DNA of 64,000 nt from Phormidesmis sp. (GCA_965248535.1 CBDFJR010000005.1:192001-256000); one strand, 5' to 3'; counted from the first letter of the stretch, positions 1-11,039 are shown. The notes: a model not told the origin generated them from the sequence alone. Numbers and translations: made by a program.

Positions 1-2
1 CA

Positions 3-668
3 AACCAAGCCGAGCCAGATTTAGTTGTGATCACGGGTGATTTTGTCACCGACGATCCGGCTCCGATCTATCCCCTAGCGCTGCACCTCAAGCATCTCCG
101 CAGCCGCGCCGGAGTCTACGCCGTTTTGGGCAACCATGATCTCCATCGCTCTGCTAGCAGAGCCACGATTACCGAAGCGCTCACCCGCATTGATGTGTCT
201 GTTTTGTGGGATGAAGTCGTCTATCCGCTAGGAGACGGGCTAGCGATCGTGGGTCTGCCCGAATATTGGTCGCCCGCGTTTAGAGCCTCTCGAATTCTCG
301 ATCGTGTTTCTCCGACGGTGCCGCGCATCGTTCTCGCTCACAATCCTGATTGCGCCGAACCGCTTCAGCAGTGGCGAGTCGATCTCCAGTTATCTGGACA
401 CACTCACGGCGGGCAGATTGTGATTCCGGGGTTGGGAAACGTCTCGGCCCGCGCTGCCCAGCTTTATAGCCACCTACCCCCGCGCACCCGCAACCGTCTG
501 CCTTTTTTGAGAGGGTGCTATCGCGTCATGAAGCACTGGGAATGGGCAAAGGGCTTATATCAGGTCGGTGACAATCGCCTCTATGTCAATCGCGGGTTAG
601 GCACTTACCTTCCCGGACGGTTGTTTTGTCCGCCAGAGGTGACGGTGATCACCCTAGTCGCGGGCTAA
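3..668 (+). CDS. Metallophosphoesterase (calcineurin-like, YkuE type), 5'-truncated by window edge
   Basis: Frame open from position 3 (NQAEPDLVVITGDF); motifs GD, LGNHD, LAHNPD, LSGHTHGGQ, YVNRGLG. Confidence 0.9.
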   Translation, partial: NQAEPDLVVITGDFVTDDPAPIYPLALHLKHLRSRAGVYAVLGNHDLHRSASRATITEALTRIDVSVLWDEVVYPLGDGLAIVGLPEYWSPAFRASRILDRVSPTVPRIVLAHNPDCAEPLQQWRVDLQLSGHTHGGQIVIPGLGNVSARAAQLYSHLPPRTRNRLPFLRGCYRVMKHWEWAKGLYQVGDNRLYVNRGLGTYLPGRLFCPPEVTVITLVAG

Positions 669-1354
669 AGGTCGCCGCCGCCAAATCGATAGCCTTTGCC
701 ATAGACCGTTGAGATCAAAGGGGTTTCTCCTTCAGACTCAATTTTGCGACGCAGGAGGCGAATCTGAGCCGCCAGCGCGTTGCTGGTTGGCTTTTCACCG
801 TCGCTCCACAGGTGTTGATAAAGCTGGTCATGGGTGAGGAGTTGATGGTGTTGCCGCATAAAACAGTCCAGCAGTTGGCTTTCTTTTTCAGAAAGCTCGA
901 TCGCTCGACCTTTGCGATAGGCGATTTGGTTTTGAGCATCTAGCTCTAAATCATCGACTCGCAGCCGCAGGTCAGAAGACGCAGATTCCAATGTGGCGGG
1001 GCGGCGCAGCAGCGCTCTGACTCGGGCCAAAAGCTCTCTTAGCTCAAAGGGTTTGATCAAATAATCATCGGCTCCGGCATCTAGCCCCTGCACCCGATCG
1101 TCGATCGTGTCTTTTGCCGTGAGAAACAAGACAGGGGTGGTGTCGCCCCGCGATCGCAGCCGTTGACAAATCTCTAACCCTGACTGGTGAGGCAACATCC
1201 AATCTAAAATCAATAGGTCATAGTGATTTTGTTCGACGAGATGAGAACCTTGGCGACCGTCATAAGCCACATCTAAGCGATAGCCTTCTCGCATCAGCAA
1301 TCGGCTCAGAGGGTCGGCCATTTCAATTTCGTCATCGACGAGCAATATTCGCAC
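665..1354 (-). CDS. rppA: OmpR-family two-component response regulator (RppA-like)
   Basis: Receiver MRILLVDDE...LILDWMLP...FLTAK...GADDYLIKPF plus winged-helix TVYGKGYRF; rppA name rests on resemblance to cyanobacterial homologues next to hisG. Confidence 0.8.
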   Translation of the reverse strand: MRILLVDDEIEMADPLSRLLMREGYRLDVAYDGRQGSHLVEQNHYDLLILDWMLPHQSGLEICQRLRSRGDTTPVLFLTAKDTIDDRVQGLDAGADDYLIKPFELRELLARVRALLRRPATLESASSDLRLRVDDLELDAQNQIAYRKGRAIELSEKESQLLDCFMRQHHQLLTHDQLYQHLWSDGEKPTSNALAAQIRLLRRKIESEGETPLISTVYGKGYRFGGGDL

Positions 1355-1447
1355 TTTAGGAATTTGAAGATTGAGTTCTCTCTCTATTCAAGACGCAAAC
1401 CTGGCACCTTTCAAAGTTTTGGTCACTTTTAACTTAAAACGCCTCTC

Positions 1448-2110
1448 ATGATTACTGTTGCATTACCCAAAGGTGCTTTGCTCAAAGACAGCATTCGACT
1501 GCTGCAAGCGATCGGGCTGGACTTTAGCGCGTTTCTAGAAACGGGCAACCGTCAACTGCAAATCACCGATCCGACCCACACAGCCAAAGCGCTGCTGGTG
1601 AGAAATTCTGATGTGTCGGTCTATGTCGAATATGGCCAGGCCCAACTGGGCATTGTCGGCTATGACGTGCTGCGCGAAAAAAGCGCCAATGTTGCCCAAC
1701 TGGTCGATCTGGGGTTTGGGCAATGCCGGATGTCGGTCGCGGTGAAAGCCTCAAGTCCCTATCGATCGAGCCTTGAATTGCCCCTAAATGGACGGGTTGC
1801 CTCTAAGTTTGTCCACTGTGCTCACGATTATTTTCAGAGTTTAGACCTGCCTGTAGAGATTATTCCGCTCTCTGGCTCGGTCGAGTTGGGCCCGATCACC
1901 GGGATGTCGGAAGCGATCGTCGATCTGGTGGCGACGGGCAACACGCTGCGCGAAAACGGCTTGATTGAAATTGACGTTTTATTTCAAAGTACGGCTCGGC
2001 TAATCGCGCACCCCCTCAGCTATCGCCTTGACGCAGACGGGCTATATGGCTGCGTTGAGCAGATTCGTCACCAGGTGAGTCAGTCTGCCGCGACCGCTAA
2101 TATTCGTTAA
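1448..2110 (+). CDS. hisG: ATP phosphoribosyltransferase, short form (HisZ-dependent)
   Basis: [50 protein letters not shown]; 220 aa with no C-terminal regulatory domain. Confidence 0.96.
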   Translation: MITVALPKGALLKDSIRLLQAIGLDFSAFLETGNRQLQITDPTHTAKALLVRNSDVSVYVEYGQAQLGIVGYDVLREKSANVAQLVDLGFGQCRMSVAVKASSPYRSSLELPLNGRVASKFVHCAHDYFQSLDLPVEIIPLSGSVELGPITGMSEAIVDLVATGNTLRENGLIEIDVLFQSTARLIAHPLSYRLDADGLYGCVEQIRHQVSQSAATANIR

Positions 2111-2175
2111 GCTTAGATCACTGGTTGCCCTGGGCTTGGGGTGCGATCGTGCCGCAAGCTTTCTATAAAATTGCT

Positions 2176-4015
2176 ATGACTCATCTTCCCGCTGATCAAC
2201 CCAACCATCGCCCCAAGGAAACTGATTGGCGGCTTTTTTTGCGGCTGGTTCCCTACGCTAAAAAGAATCTGCGGCTGCTGCTGCTGTCGATGGTGTTTTT
2301 GGTGCCCTCAGCGATCGCTAACGCCCTTCAGCCGATTTTGATTGGTCAAACCGTGTCGCTGCTCAAGCGTGAGTCTACCAGTCTGAGCTTTTTTGGTCTG
2401 CAATTTGACTGGCTCAACGGGCGATCGCTGACCGACGGGCTAAATTTTTTGGCCGGGCTGCTGTTGATCACGATTTTGACGCGGTTGCTCTTAGACGGCA
2501 CCCAGAGCTATCTGGTGCAAAAAGTTGGGCAGCGCATCACCGCAGGCATTCGCAGCGATTTGTTTGATCATGTCACGTCGCTGGCAGTTCGGTTCTTCGA
2601 TCGCACCCCTGTCGGCCGCCTGATCACGCGGCTCACGAGCGATGTCGAAGCGCTTAGGAGAAGTCTTTTCGACGGGAGCGATCGGGGTCGTCAATGACCT
2701 GTTTTCGATTTTGGTGATCACGGTGATCATGTTCTCTCGGCAGTGGCAACTGGCTACACTGCTGCTGCTGCTGCTGTTGCCCGTGACGGGGCTGATTATT
2801 TATTTTCAGCAGCAATATCGCAAGGCGAACTATAAAGCTAGAGAAGAACTGTCTGCGCTCAACTCGATGTTGCAGGAAAACATTACAGGGATCGGGGTCG
2901 TCCAATTATTTCGGCGCGAAAAATTTAATGGCGACCTGTTTCGCACGATCAATCAACGCTACATTCACGAAGTCGATCGCACGATCTTTCACGATTCTGC
3001 GGTGTCTGCCACCCTAGAGTGGATTTCTCTCGTCGCGATTTCGGGCGTTTTGGGCATCGGTAGCTGGCTCGTGATGAACCGACAGCTTGACTTTGGGCTT
3101 CTATCCACCTTTATTTTGTTTGCCCAACGGCTATTTGATCCCCTGCGCCAGTTTGCTGAAAAATTCACCGCTATTCAAGCCGGGTTCACAGCCGTCGAGC
3201 GGGTCAGCGACATTATGAATGAACCGATCGAGATCCGCGACCCCGAAAAATCTCATGACAAACCCCCTGCCACCACTCCTATCACTCCCGGCGAGATTCG
3301 GTTTGAGCACGTTTGGTTTGCCTATAAGCAAGACGACTATGTGCTGCAAGATCTGGATTTCACAATTCGTCCCGGTGAGAAGGTAGCGCTAGTTGGCCCC
3401 ACCGGAGCCGGAAAAAGCTCGATCATTCGCCTGCTAAGTCGGCTTTATGAGCCAACCAACGGGCGCATTCTACTAGACGGCGTTGACATCAGACAATTGC
3501 CCCAAGCTGACCTGCGGCGACGCATGGCGATCATTTTGCAAGACGGGTTTCTGTTTGCCGGGGATGTCAAGAGCAACATCACCCTAGGCGAGACCTACAC
3601 CTATGATCAGATTCGAGCGGCGGCTGAAGCGACCAACGTGGCTAGCCTGATCGAACGCTTGCCCCAAGGCTACAACACGATGCTGCGCGAACGCGGCACT
3701 AATCTTTCTGGCGGACAAAAACAGCTTTTGGCCTTTGCCCGTGCTGCCATTCGCGATCCCCAAATCTTAGTGCTCGACGAAGCCACGGCCAACCTTGATG
3801 TCGGCACTGAGGCGCTGATCCAAGAGGCCCTAGAGCGTCTCCTAGAAGACCGCAGTGCGATTATTATTGCCCACCGACTTTCGACGATTCGCAACGTCGA
3901 TCGCATTCTGGTGCTTAAGCGAGGACAGCTTGTTGAGTCAGGCAGTCACGAGGCATTGCTCAAGCAAGGCGGACTCTATGCCAGCCTCTATCAACTGCAA
4001 ATGCTAGAGAGTTAG
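2176..4015 (+). CDS. ABC exporter (fused TMD+NBD, MdlB-like) with a +1 frameshift near 2653
   Basis: Two overlapping ORFs join as ...RLTSDVEAL-GEVFSTGA... if one base near 2653 is removed; Walker A GPTGAGKS, signature LSGGQKQ, Walker B ILVLDEAT. Confidence 0.88.
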
Positions 4016-4028
4016 GGGCGCGCCCGGC

Positions 4029-4265
4029 TTAATCTTGCTCTTTTGCCTGCATAAATTGCTCAATGTCTGCCACGGCTTGCTCTAACGTGTCGAGATTGAT
4101 TTCGATCGGGGGGTGAGACGGGCTATCTGCGACTTTTTCAACGGGTTTAGGCTCAGGAATAGCGGCTTGACCTGCCTCAGAGCAGAGCGTTTCTTGCAGT
4201 TTATTCAGAGACTCGATAAAGGCTTTGGCTGCGGCACGGCGCACGTCTTGCTGTTGCAGATCCAT
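4029..4265 (-). CDS. Small hypothetical protein
   Basis: ORF fills the gap between the ABC gene and lpdA; helical MDLQQQDVRRAAAKAF...LEQAVADIEQFM; start uncertain (ATG 4265 or TTG 4286). Confidence 0.65.
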   Translation of the reverse strand: MDLQQQDVRRAAAKAFIESLNKLQETLCSEAGQAAIPEPKPVEKVADSPSHPPIEINLDTLEQAVADIEQFMQAKEQD

Positions 4266-4570
4266 CAGGCTTGACTCCAAATTCAAGGATCAAAACTCTA
4301 ATCGGCTGAGGCTTAAAATAAGGTCAACAGCCTTCAGGTTTAGTTGATCACGGTTTCGTTGGGTATCTACCCAGATCAGAATGCCCAATCTAAATTAAAT
4401 CGTTTCATTACGATCGCGACTCTGTTGTTGATAATAACTTCATAAGGTTTGACTTTCTTTAAAGTTTGGAGTTCTCTATGTCAATATGTCTGGAAAAATG
4501 ACTGGAAAAGTTGTCTGATCCACCTCTAGCAGACGAAAATAAACAGAGCAATCAGCGCCAGGAGGCAGAC

Positions 4571-6001
4571 GTGACGGACGGATTTGACTATGACTTGGTA
4601 ATTATTGGTGCGGGCGTGGGTGGGCATGGTGCGGCTCTTCATGCAGTTGACTGTGGGCTAAAAACCGCCATTATTGAAGCGGCAGAAATGGGCGGCACCT
4701 GCGTCAATCGGGGCTGCATTCCGTCTAAGGCGCTGTTGGCGGCGGCAGGTCGAGTGCGAGAACTCCGCAACGCCCACCACTTAAAGGCTTTAGGAATTCA
4801 AGTCGGCAATGTCTCGTTTGAGCGAGGCGCGATCGCCGATCATGCAGGCGGCATCGTCACCAAGCAGAGAGACGGGCTAATCAACAGCCTCAAGCGGGTC
4901 GGGGTCGAGGTGATTCACGGCTGGGGTCGCGTCGCGGGTTCTCAAAAAGTAGCCGTTACCACCGACACAGGCGAGAAGATGATCACCGCCAAAGAGATTA
5001 TTCTCGCACCGGGGTCAGTGCCTTTTGTGCCTCCTGGCGTGCAGATAGACGGTAAAACTGTGTTTACGAGCGATGACGCAATCAAGCTAGAGAGTTTGCC
5101 GCCCTGGATCGCGATCGTCGGCAGCGGCTATATTGGACTGGAATTTGCCGATATCTACACCGCTTTGGGCTGCGAAGTAACCATGATCGAAGCTCTCGAT
5201 CAACTGATGCCAGGGTTCGATCCCGATATTGCCAAACAAGCACAACGCATTCTAATCACGCCCCGCGACATCGAAACTAAAGTCGGAATGCTGGCGATGA
5301 AAGTCACCCCCGGTTCGCCCGTGGTGATTGAACTGGCAGACGCAAAAACGAAAGAAATCGTCGAAGTGCTTGAAGTCGATGCCTGCTTAATCGCTACAGG
5401 CCGCATTCCAAAAGCAAAAGAGATGGGGCTAGAGTCCGTTAGCGTTGAGTTAGATCGGCGGGGCTATATCCCCGTCAACGATCGCTTAGAGGTGATCTCA
5501 GCCGGAGAACCTGTGCCTCACTTGTGGGCGATCGGCGATGCCACGGGCAAAATGATGCTGGCTCATGCGGCGGCGGCTCAGGGCGTGGTCGCGGTGGAAA
5601 ATATCTGCGGGCGCGATCGGGAAGTAGACTATCGCAGCATTCCGGCGGCGGCGTTTACGCATCCTGAAATCAGCTTTGTCGGACTGACCGAACCTGCGGC
5701 CCAAGAATTGGGCAACGCCGAAGGATTTGAAGTGTCTGCGGTGCGAACCTACTTTAAAGGCAACGCCAAAGCCCTCGCTGAAGGAGAAGTCGAAGGCATT
5801 GCCAAACTGATCTATCGCTCAGACACCGGAGAAGTCTTGGGTGCCCATATTATCGGACTCCATGCCGCCGATTTGATTCAAGAAGCGGCAAACGCGATCG
5901 CTAGCCGTCAATCTGTCCGATCGCTGGCCTTCCTAGTCCACACCCACCCCACCCTATCGGAGATTTTAGACGAAGCCTACAAACGAGCCGTAGCCCATTA
6001 A
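4571..6001 (+). CDS. lpdA: Dihydrolipoyl dehydrogenase (E3)
   Basis: FAD motif IIGAGVGG, redox [16 protein letters not shown] motif GSGYIGLE, C-terminal [11 protein letters not shown] 4571 follows GGAGG. Confidence 0.96.
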   Translation: MTDGFDYDLVIIGAGVGGHGAALHAVDCGLKTAIIEAAEMGGTCVNRGCIPSKALLAAAGRVRELRNAHHLKALGIQVGNVSFERGAIADHAGGIVTKQRDGLINSLKRVGVEVIHGWGRVAGSQKVAVTTDTGEKMITAKEIILAPGSVPFVPPGVQIDGKTVFTSDDAIKLESLPPWIAIVGSGYIGLEFADIYTALGCEVTMIEALDQLMPGFDPDIAKQAQRILITPRDIETKVGMLAMKVTPGSPVVIELADAKTKEIVEVLEVDACLIATGRIPKAKEMGLESVSVELDRRGYIPVNDRLEVISAGEPVPHLWAIGDATGKMMLAHAAAAQGVVAVENICGRDREVDYRSIPAAAFTHPEISFVGLTEPAAQELGNAEGFEVSAVRTYFKGNAKALAEGEVEGIAKLIYRSDTGEVLGAHIIGLHAADLIQEAANAIASRQSVRSLAFLVHTHPTLSEILDEAYKRAVAH

Positions 6002-6021
6002 GCCCTCAACGCAGCCCCATC

Positions 6022-6056
6022 GTACGGGCACGGCATTGCCGTGCCCAGGGCCTACG
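6022..6056. repeat. REP-like palindrome (GTAG-family-like)
   Basis: GTAC-GGGCACGGCA-T-TGCCGTGCCC-AGGG-CCTAC; perfect 10-bp inverted repeat at 6026-6046 just after the lpdA stop. Confidence 0.7.
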
Positions 6057-6286
6057 CCACAACCAACCCCCTAAATTCGCCTCTTAATTCCATTCGCCCT
6101 CTCCCCAAAAGACTCCAATCCAGAACGAACCCCCAGCCCACTAACCCAAAACTCAGAACTATTCAGGAATTGCGTTACGCTACTAGTGAAGGTTTTGCGT
6201 CGGTCAACTCTAGTCACACCCCTCTGACTTAGACCGCCGCAGATCGTGCTGATTGTTCGTTTCGTTTGTGGTTTTTGGCTACCTAA

Positions 6287-7170
6287 ATGGAGATTCGTCG
6301 TCGTCAGCCTAATCCTGCGATTAGCATCCCTCTGATTCGCTATCAGACAACTGTTTTTGATGCAGAGCCGCGCCACATCTTAGAAGAAATCGTTTGGCAA
6401 AAAGAAGCGGAAGTTGCCAAAATGCGCGATCGCCTCTCCCTGGCAGACTTGCAGAAAAAAATGCCGTCAGTTGCCCCAATCCGCGATTTTGTTGCTGCCC
6501 TGCGCCATGGAAAAACCAACCCGGCTGTGATTGCCGAAGTCAAAAAAGCATCGCCCAGCAAAGGCGTGATTCGAGAAGATTTTGATGCGGTGGCGATCGC
6601 CCAATCCTATCAAGCGGGCGGCGCATCCTGTCTGTCTGTCCTCACCGATCAGAAATTCTTTCAAGGCAGCTTTGAGAATCTGGCTCAGATTCGAGAAGTC
6701 GTCGATTTGCCCTGCTGTGCAAAGATTTCATCATCTATCCCTATCAGATGTATTGGGCGCGGCTGCAAGGAGCCGATGCCGTGCTGCTGATTGCGGCGAT
6801 CCTCCCTGACAAAGACTTGCAGTATTTCTTGAAAATTGTCAAAGCTCTGGGCATGGCAGCGCTGATCGAAGTGCACACCCTCGAAGAACTCGATCGCGTC
6901 CTCTCTCTCACTGGGGTCACCATGGTCGGCATCAACAACCGCAACCTTAAAGACTTTTCGGTTGACTTAGACACCACTCGGCAACTGCTGGCTGCACGAG
7001 GCGATCAGCTTGCATCCCAAGAGATTTTGGTCGTCAGTGAGTCGGGGTTGCACACCCCTGCTGATCTAGATTTGGTGGTCAAAGCAGGTGCCCAGGCCGT
7101 CCTAGTCGGAGAATCTCTGATCAAGCAGCCTGATCCGGGTCGAGCGATCGGGCAGTTGGTAACTCGCTAG
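6287..7170 (+). CDS. trpC: Indole-3-glycerol phosphate synthase with a 1-bp deletion in the C run at 6710-6712
   Basis: [24 protein letters not shown], then [21 protein letters not shown]; adding one C restores [15 protein letters not shown]. Confidence 0.93.
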
Positions 7171-7220
7171 GCTGCTTTATTTGTGTCGATCATTGTTTCC
7201 TTTAGCCAGGTTAGCCTTAC

Positions 7221-7496
7221 ATGGAGCCAATTCCCCTTCCTTCGCACATTCACTATGAGTTATTGCTGCAACTGTTAGAGCGGCAGACGATGTTTGCAGT
7301 CAGCCAAAAAACTCAGCAGCGAGAGCAAGTTCACCAGTTGATCATCACGCTGCGAAAGGCCTATTCTCAACAAAAACAGCTAGAGGAAAACTGCCAGCGC
7401 AATCGGTTAGATGTTGAATATCGCTGGTCACTCAACAGCCTCGAAGCGCCACCCAATGTTGAGAAAACCGCCAAGCCTCAAGAGCCTAAAGTCTAG
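7221..7496 (+). CDS. Conserved cyanobacterial protein (DUF5340-like)
   Basis: MEPIPLPSHIHYELLLQLLERQT...VEYRWSLN resembles the cyanobacterial family found after trpC. Confidence 0.75.
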   Translation: MEPIPLPSHIHYELLLQLLERQTMFAVSQKTQQREQVHQLIITLRKAYSQQKQLEENCQRNRLDVEYRWSLNSLEAPPNVEKTAKPQEPKV

Positions 7497-7612
7497 CGAT
7501 CGGGCCTTTTAATCGCAGAGGCAACTCAGCGTCAACATTTTTGATTTTGCGTCTACTATAGGAAACTAAGGATTGGTTTCTCAGGTGAGATCAGGTTTTG
7601 GGGAGGTTCTGA

Positions 7613-8815
7613 GTGTCTGAACCGAACGCTGCTCATAGGTCAGAGTCGTCGGATCAGCTACCCGATTATGCTGTCACGTCAGAAATTTCTGTGGGGCCTG
7701 GCATTCTAGCTGAGTTAGAGCAGATGCAGGCTCAGAGTCGCCATGACCTTGAGCGAATTCAGGATTTAGAGCTAGCGCTAGACCAATCGATTTCTAACTT
7801 AAATGAGCTACGGCTGCAAATCATCGACCAACGATTTCTAGAAGAGCAGCTAGCGTCTACTGAAGAGATCGCCAACGTTCAGCAGCAGGCCATCCATCAA
7901 CTAAAGCGCCAGTTTTCTGAGAAACAAGCTGCCCTTGAACAGCAGATTCATCAGGCGCAGACGCGAGAGCAAGACTATCAGAGATTGCTTGGGGCAGCGG
8001 AGACGTTTGCCCACCATCAACAGGTTGAGCTAGAGCGATTGCGATCGCAGGTCACTCACGATCGATCTGATGAGCCACAGCAAACTCACCTGATCTCTCA
8101 GATTGACGAGTTGCAGATGGCAATGCAAACCCAGCAGCAGCGCGTGTTAGAGCTAGAATCTCAAGAGTTAACCGCCCGCAGTCTCGCCGCAAATTTAGAG
8201 CTACATCTGCAAGAAGCCCAGAAACAAATTCGGCGGCTCTATCGTGAACTCAACGATCGACACACTGCAATCAACGAGTTAGAAGCCCGCCTAGAAGGCG
8301 ATTTTGCGGCTGATCCTTCGTTAAACGCCTTTGCTTTGACGCAGACCTCAGACCCTGCCCAATCGCTGCAAAAGGTCGAAGAGTTAGAGTCTCAGATGGT
8401 CAAACAGATGGCGACTCAAGCGCTCTTGCAGCAGGCGTGTCAAGAGTTAGAACTCGATCGTGAACAAAGTCAAACCCGCATTGCCGAGCTAGAGAGACAG
8501 TCCGCCGAAATGCAGGAACAAATTCTCAGTCAGGCCCAGCAGGCCAGCGAATATGAAACGGCCGTGCAGCATTGGAAAGATCGCTTCTACAGCACCCAAG
8601 ATAAAGTCGGGCAATTAAAAGAACTTTTGGAAAATGACTTGCCCCATGAGTCACCTGAGCTAGCGGAAATCTTTGCAGCGATTCAAGCGGCCTCCACGAT
8701 CGCCGTTGAGCCATTGACCCGATCGCCCGGCAAAACAGATTCCTTCAACGAAGATCTCAAAATTGATTTGCCCGACTTTTTAACCCGTCGCCGCACCTAT
8801 CGCAACCGATCGTAA
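7613..8815 (+). CDS. Long coiled-coil hypothetical protein
   Basis: 400 aa Q/E/L-rich heptad pattern; GTG after GGGAGG; C-terminal IDLPDFL motif. Confidence 0.8.
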   Translation: MSEPNAAHRSESSDQLPDYAVTSEISVGPGILAELEQMQAQSRHDLERIQDLELALDQSISNLNELRLQIIDQRFLEEQLASTEEIANVQQQAIHQLKRQFSEKQAALEQQIHQAQTREQDYQRLLGAAETFAHHQQVELERLRSQVTHDRSDEPQQTHLISQIDELQMAMQTQQQRVLELESQELTARSLAANLELHLQEAQKQIRRLYRELNDRHTAINELEARLEGDFAADPSLNAFALTQTSDPAQSLQKVEELESQMVKQMATQALLQQACQELELDREQSQTRIAELERQSAEMQEQILSQAQQASEYETAVQHWKDRFYSTQDKVGQLKELLENDLPHESPELAEIFAAIQAASTIAVEPLTRSPGKTDSFNEDLKIDLPDFLTRRRTYRNRS

Positions 8816-8935
8816 GAAGGCATTTGTGACATATCTTCCCTAACGAAATTATCAACCTGCGATCGAAGTTGGAGAACACTGCATGTCAGAACCCCAGCTA
8901 AAATGGTGAGAGACGATCGAAATGAGGTAGAGCTT

Positions 8936-9222
8936 ATGGCACAGCAACTCCGATACAGCAAAGAGGAATTTGCTCGACGTGGCAATGAGATTTATGAATC
9001 TCAAGTGCGTCCCCAAGTCGAGGAAGGCAACCACGGTAAGATCGTCGCGGGCAGCTTCGCTGTGCCAAAGGCAACGATATCGAGACAGGAGCATTTGAGC
9101 TTGCAAAAGATACCATCACTGCCTCAGATCGATTGCTTGAACGGTATCCAGATGCTCAAATTTGGTGCGTTCGGATTGGGCATAAAGGCGTTCATCGCTT
9201 TGGCGTAGGTCGTCTGCTGTAA
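8936..9222 (+). pseudogene. Small conserved protein typically paired with clan AA proteases, disrupted by a 23-nt insertion
   Basis: MAQQLRYSKEEFARRGNEIYESQVRPQVEEGNHGKIVA continues in another frame as DIETGAFELAKDTITASDRLLERYPDAQIWCVRIGHKGVHRFG once 9050-9072 is removed. Confidence 0.75.
9050..9072. repeat. Small dispersed repeat (SDR-like) inserted at a HIP1-like site
   Basis: GGCAGCTTCGCTGTGCCAAAGGC lies between GCG and AAC-GAT, where GCG-ATC-GAT (Ala-Ile-Asp) would be expected; mini-hairpin GCC-AAA-GGC. Confidence 0.55.
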
Positions 9223-9226
9223 CGTT

Positions 9227-9607
9227 ATGATGCAAGGGATTGTTGATCAAAACTGTGAAGCGACAATTCGACTGGTCGTAGGCAATGCAGACTCCCAAAG
9301 GCAAACGAATGCTGTCATTGATAGGGGGTTCACAGGCTTTCTGACTCTGCCTTTGTCAGTGCTGACTAGTCTCAACTTACGAGCATATAGACGTGAAGCG
9401 GGAACCTTAGGGGACGGCAGCAGTTGTATTTTTGACGTGTATAGTGGCTTCGTCATTTGGGATGGGGCATTTCGGCGAATTGATGTCAATGCAGCCGAGA
9501 CAGTTCCTTTAGTTGGGATGAGTTTGCTCTACGGCTATCGAGTGCAGTTTGATACGATCGAGGGTGGTGCGGTTACGATTCCGTCATTGAGCAGTTTGAG
9601 TGAATGA
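9227..9607 (+). CDS. Clan AA (retropepsin-like) aspartic protease with an altered catalytic motif
   Basis: AVIDRGFTGFLTLP (family motif is IDTGF), LGDGS flap, PLVGMSLL. Confidence 0.8.
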   Translation: MMQGIVDQNCEATIRLVVGNADSQRQTNAVIDRGFTGFLTLPLSVLTSLNLRAYRREAGTLGDGSSCIFDVYSGFVIWDGAFRRIDVNAAETVPLVGMSLLYGYRVQFDTIEGGAVTIPSLSSLSE

Positions 9608-9749
9608 TTAATTTCTTTTAGAAACGCGCCCTAAAGACCGTTTCTCAAGAAAATTAATTTCCAACTGGATTAAACCCGATCGCGGATCACTTGTGTAATC
9701 CTGGATCATGCACAAAAAATTGCATCCTCACCCCTAAAAGGACACTCTC

Positions 9750-10904
9750 ATGGACGACAAGTTGATGCTGATGATTCCGGGCCCGACCCCGGTGCCAGAG
9801 CAGGTTTTGCTAGCGATGGCGAAGCATCCGATCGGGCATCGCAGCGCTGACTTTGGCAAAATTATGGCAGAAGTCACCGCTAATTTAAAATGGCTACACC
9901 AAACCCAAAATGACGTGCTGATTCTCACGGCCAGCGGCACTGGTGTGATGGAAGCTGGGATTATTAATTTTCTGAGTCCGGGCGATCGGGTGTTGGTCGG
10001 CTCTAATGGCAAGTTTGGCGAACGCTGGGCAGAAGTCACTGATGCCTATGGGCTAACCACCGAGCGGATCACGGCTGAATGGGGCAAACCCCTTGACCCT
10101 GAGCAGTTTCGGCTGGCTTTAGAAGCAGATGTTGACAAGCAAATCAAAGCCGTCGTGATCACCCACAGCGAAACCTCAACGGGGGTGATTAACGATCTTG
10201 AAACGATTAATCGTCACGTTAAAGCCCACGGCAAGGCGCTGATTATCGTCGATACGGTGACAAGTTTAGGGGCAACGAACGTTCCGGTGGATGCTTGGGG
10301 TCTAGATGTGGTCGCATCGGGTTCGCAAAAAGGCTACATGATTCCGCCGGGGCTAGGGTTTGTGGCGGTCAGCGCCAAAGCCTGGGATGCTTATAAAACG
10401 GCAAAATTGCCTCGCTATTATCTAGACTTGGGCAAATATCGCAAAGATGCCGCCAAAAATACGACTCCGTTCACGCCGCCGATCAATCTGTTTTTTGCGC
10501 TGCAAGCGGCGCTGAGAATGATGCAGGCAGAAGGGCTAGAGGCAATTTTTGCTCGTCACCACCGACTGTTGGCGGCCACTCGTGCGGCGGTGCAGGCGAT
10601 GGCGATGCCGTTGTTGGCAGCCGATGGCTGTGCAAGTCCGGCGATTACGGCGGTGATGCCGAGTGGAGTCGATGCCGAGCAGATTCGATCGGTGATGAAG
10701 AAGCGGTTTGACATCGTGCTAGCAGGTGGACAGGATCACCTCAAGGGCAAGATTTTTCGGATTGGTCACTTGGGCTTTGTCAGCGATCGCGATGTGCTAA
10801 CGGCGATCGCGGCCCTAGAAGCCACCCTGCAAGAGTTAGGTCATGAAGGCTTTACGTCAGGTGCCGGGGTTGCGGCGGCGGCGAAGGTGTTTGCCAGCGC
10901 TTAG
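9750..10904 (+). CDS. Class V PLP aminotransferase (alanine/serine-glyoxylate aminotransferase family)
   Basis: LMIPGPTPVP, HSETSTG, IVDTVTSLG, PLP lysine in SGSQKG, FRIGHLG. Confidence 0.92.
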   Translation: MDDKLMLMIPGPTPVPEQVLLAMAKHPIGHRSADFGKIMAEVTANLKWLHQTQNDVLILTASGTGVMEAGIINFLSPGDRVLVGSNGKFGERWAEVTDAYGLTTERITAEWGKPLDPEQFRLALEADVDKQIKAVVITHSETSTGVINDLETINRHVKAHGKALIIVDTVTSLGATNVPVDAWGLDVVASGSQKGYMIPPGLGFVAVSAKAWDAYKTAKLPRYYLDLGKYRKDAAKNTTPFTPPINLFFALQAALRMMQAEGLEAIFARHHRLLAATRAAVQAMAMPLLAADGCASPAITAVMPSGVDAEQIRSVMKKRFDIVLAGGQDHLKGKIFRIGHLGFVSDRDVLTAIAALEATLQELGHEGFTSGAGVAAAAKVFASA

Positions 10905-11039
10905 ATCTGGATGGGGACATTTGATCAAAGATTAGGGATTAGGATCGAACGTCTGTGCTGGACACTGCATTGCTGCGCCTTTGTGGATCAGACTGGTTTG
11001 AGTGATTTAGTCCACGATCGTAAGAATGTCCCTATCGCA

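Noticed and set aside
2758..2779. (CTG)n tract as a phase-variable repeat
   Set aside because: In-frame Leu codons of a transmembrane helix; it does not coincide with the frameshift.
4366..4380. TCTACC-CAG-ATCAGA as another copy of the 16-bp motif
   Set aside because: The spacer is one base short and I could not place a matching -10 box.
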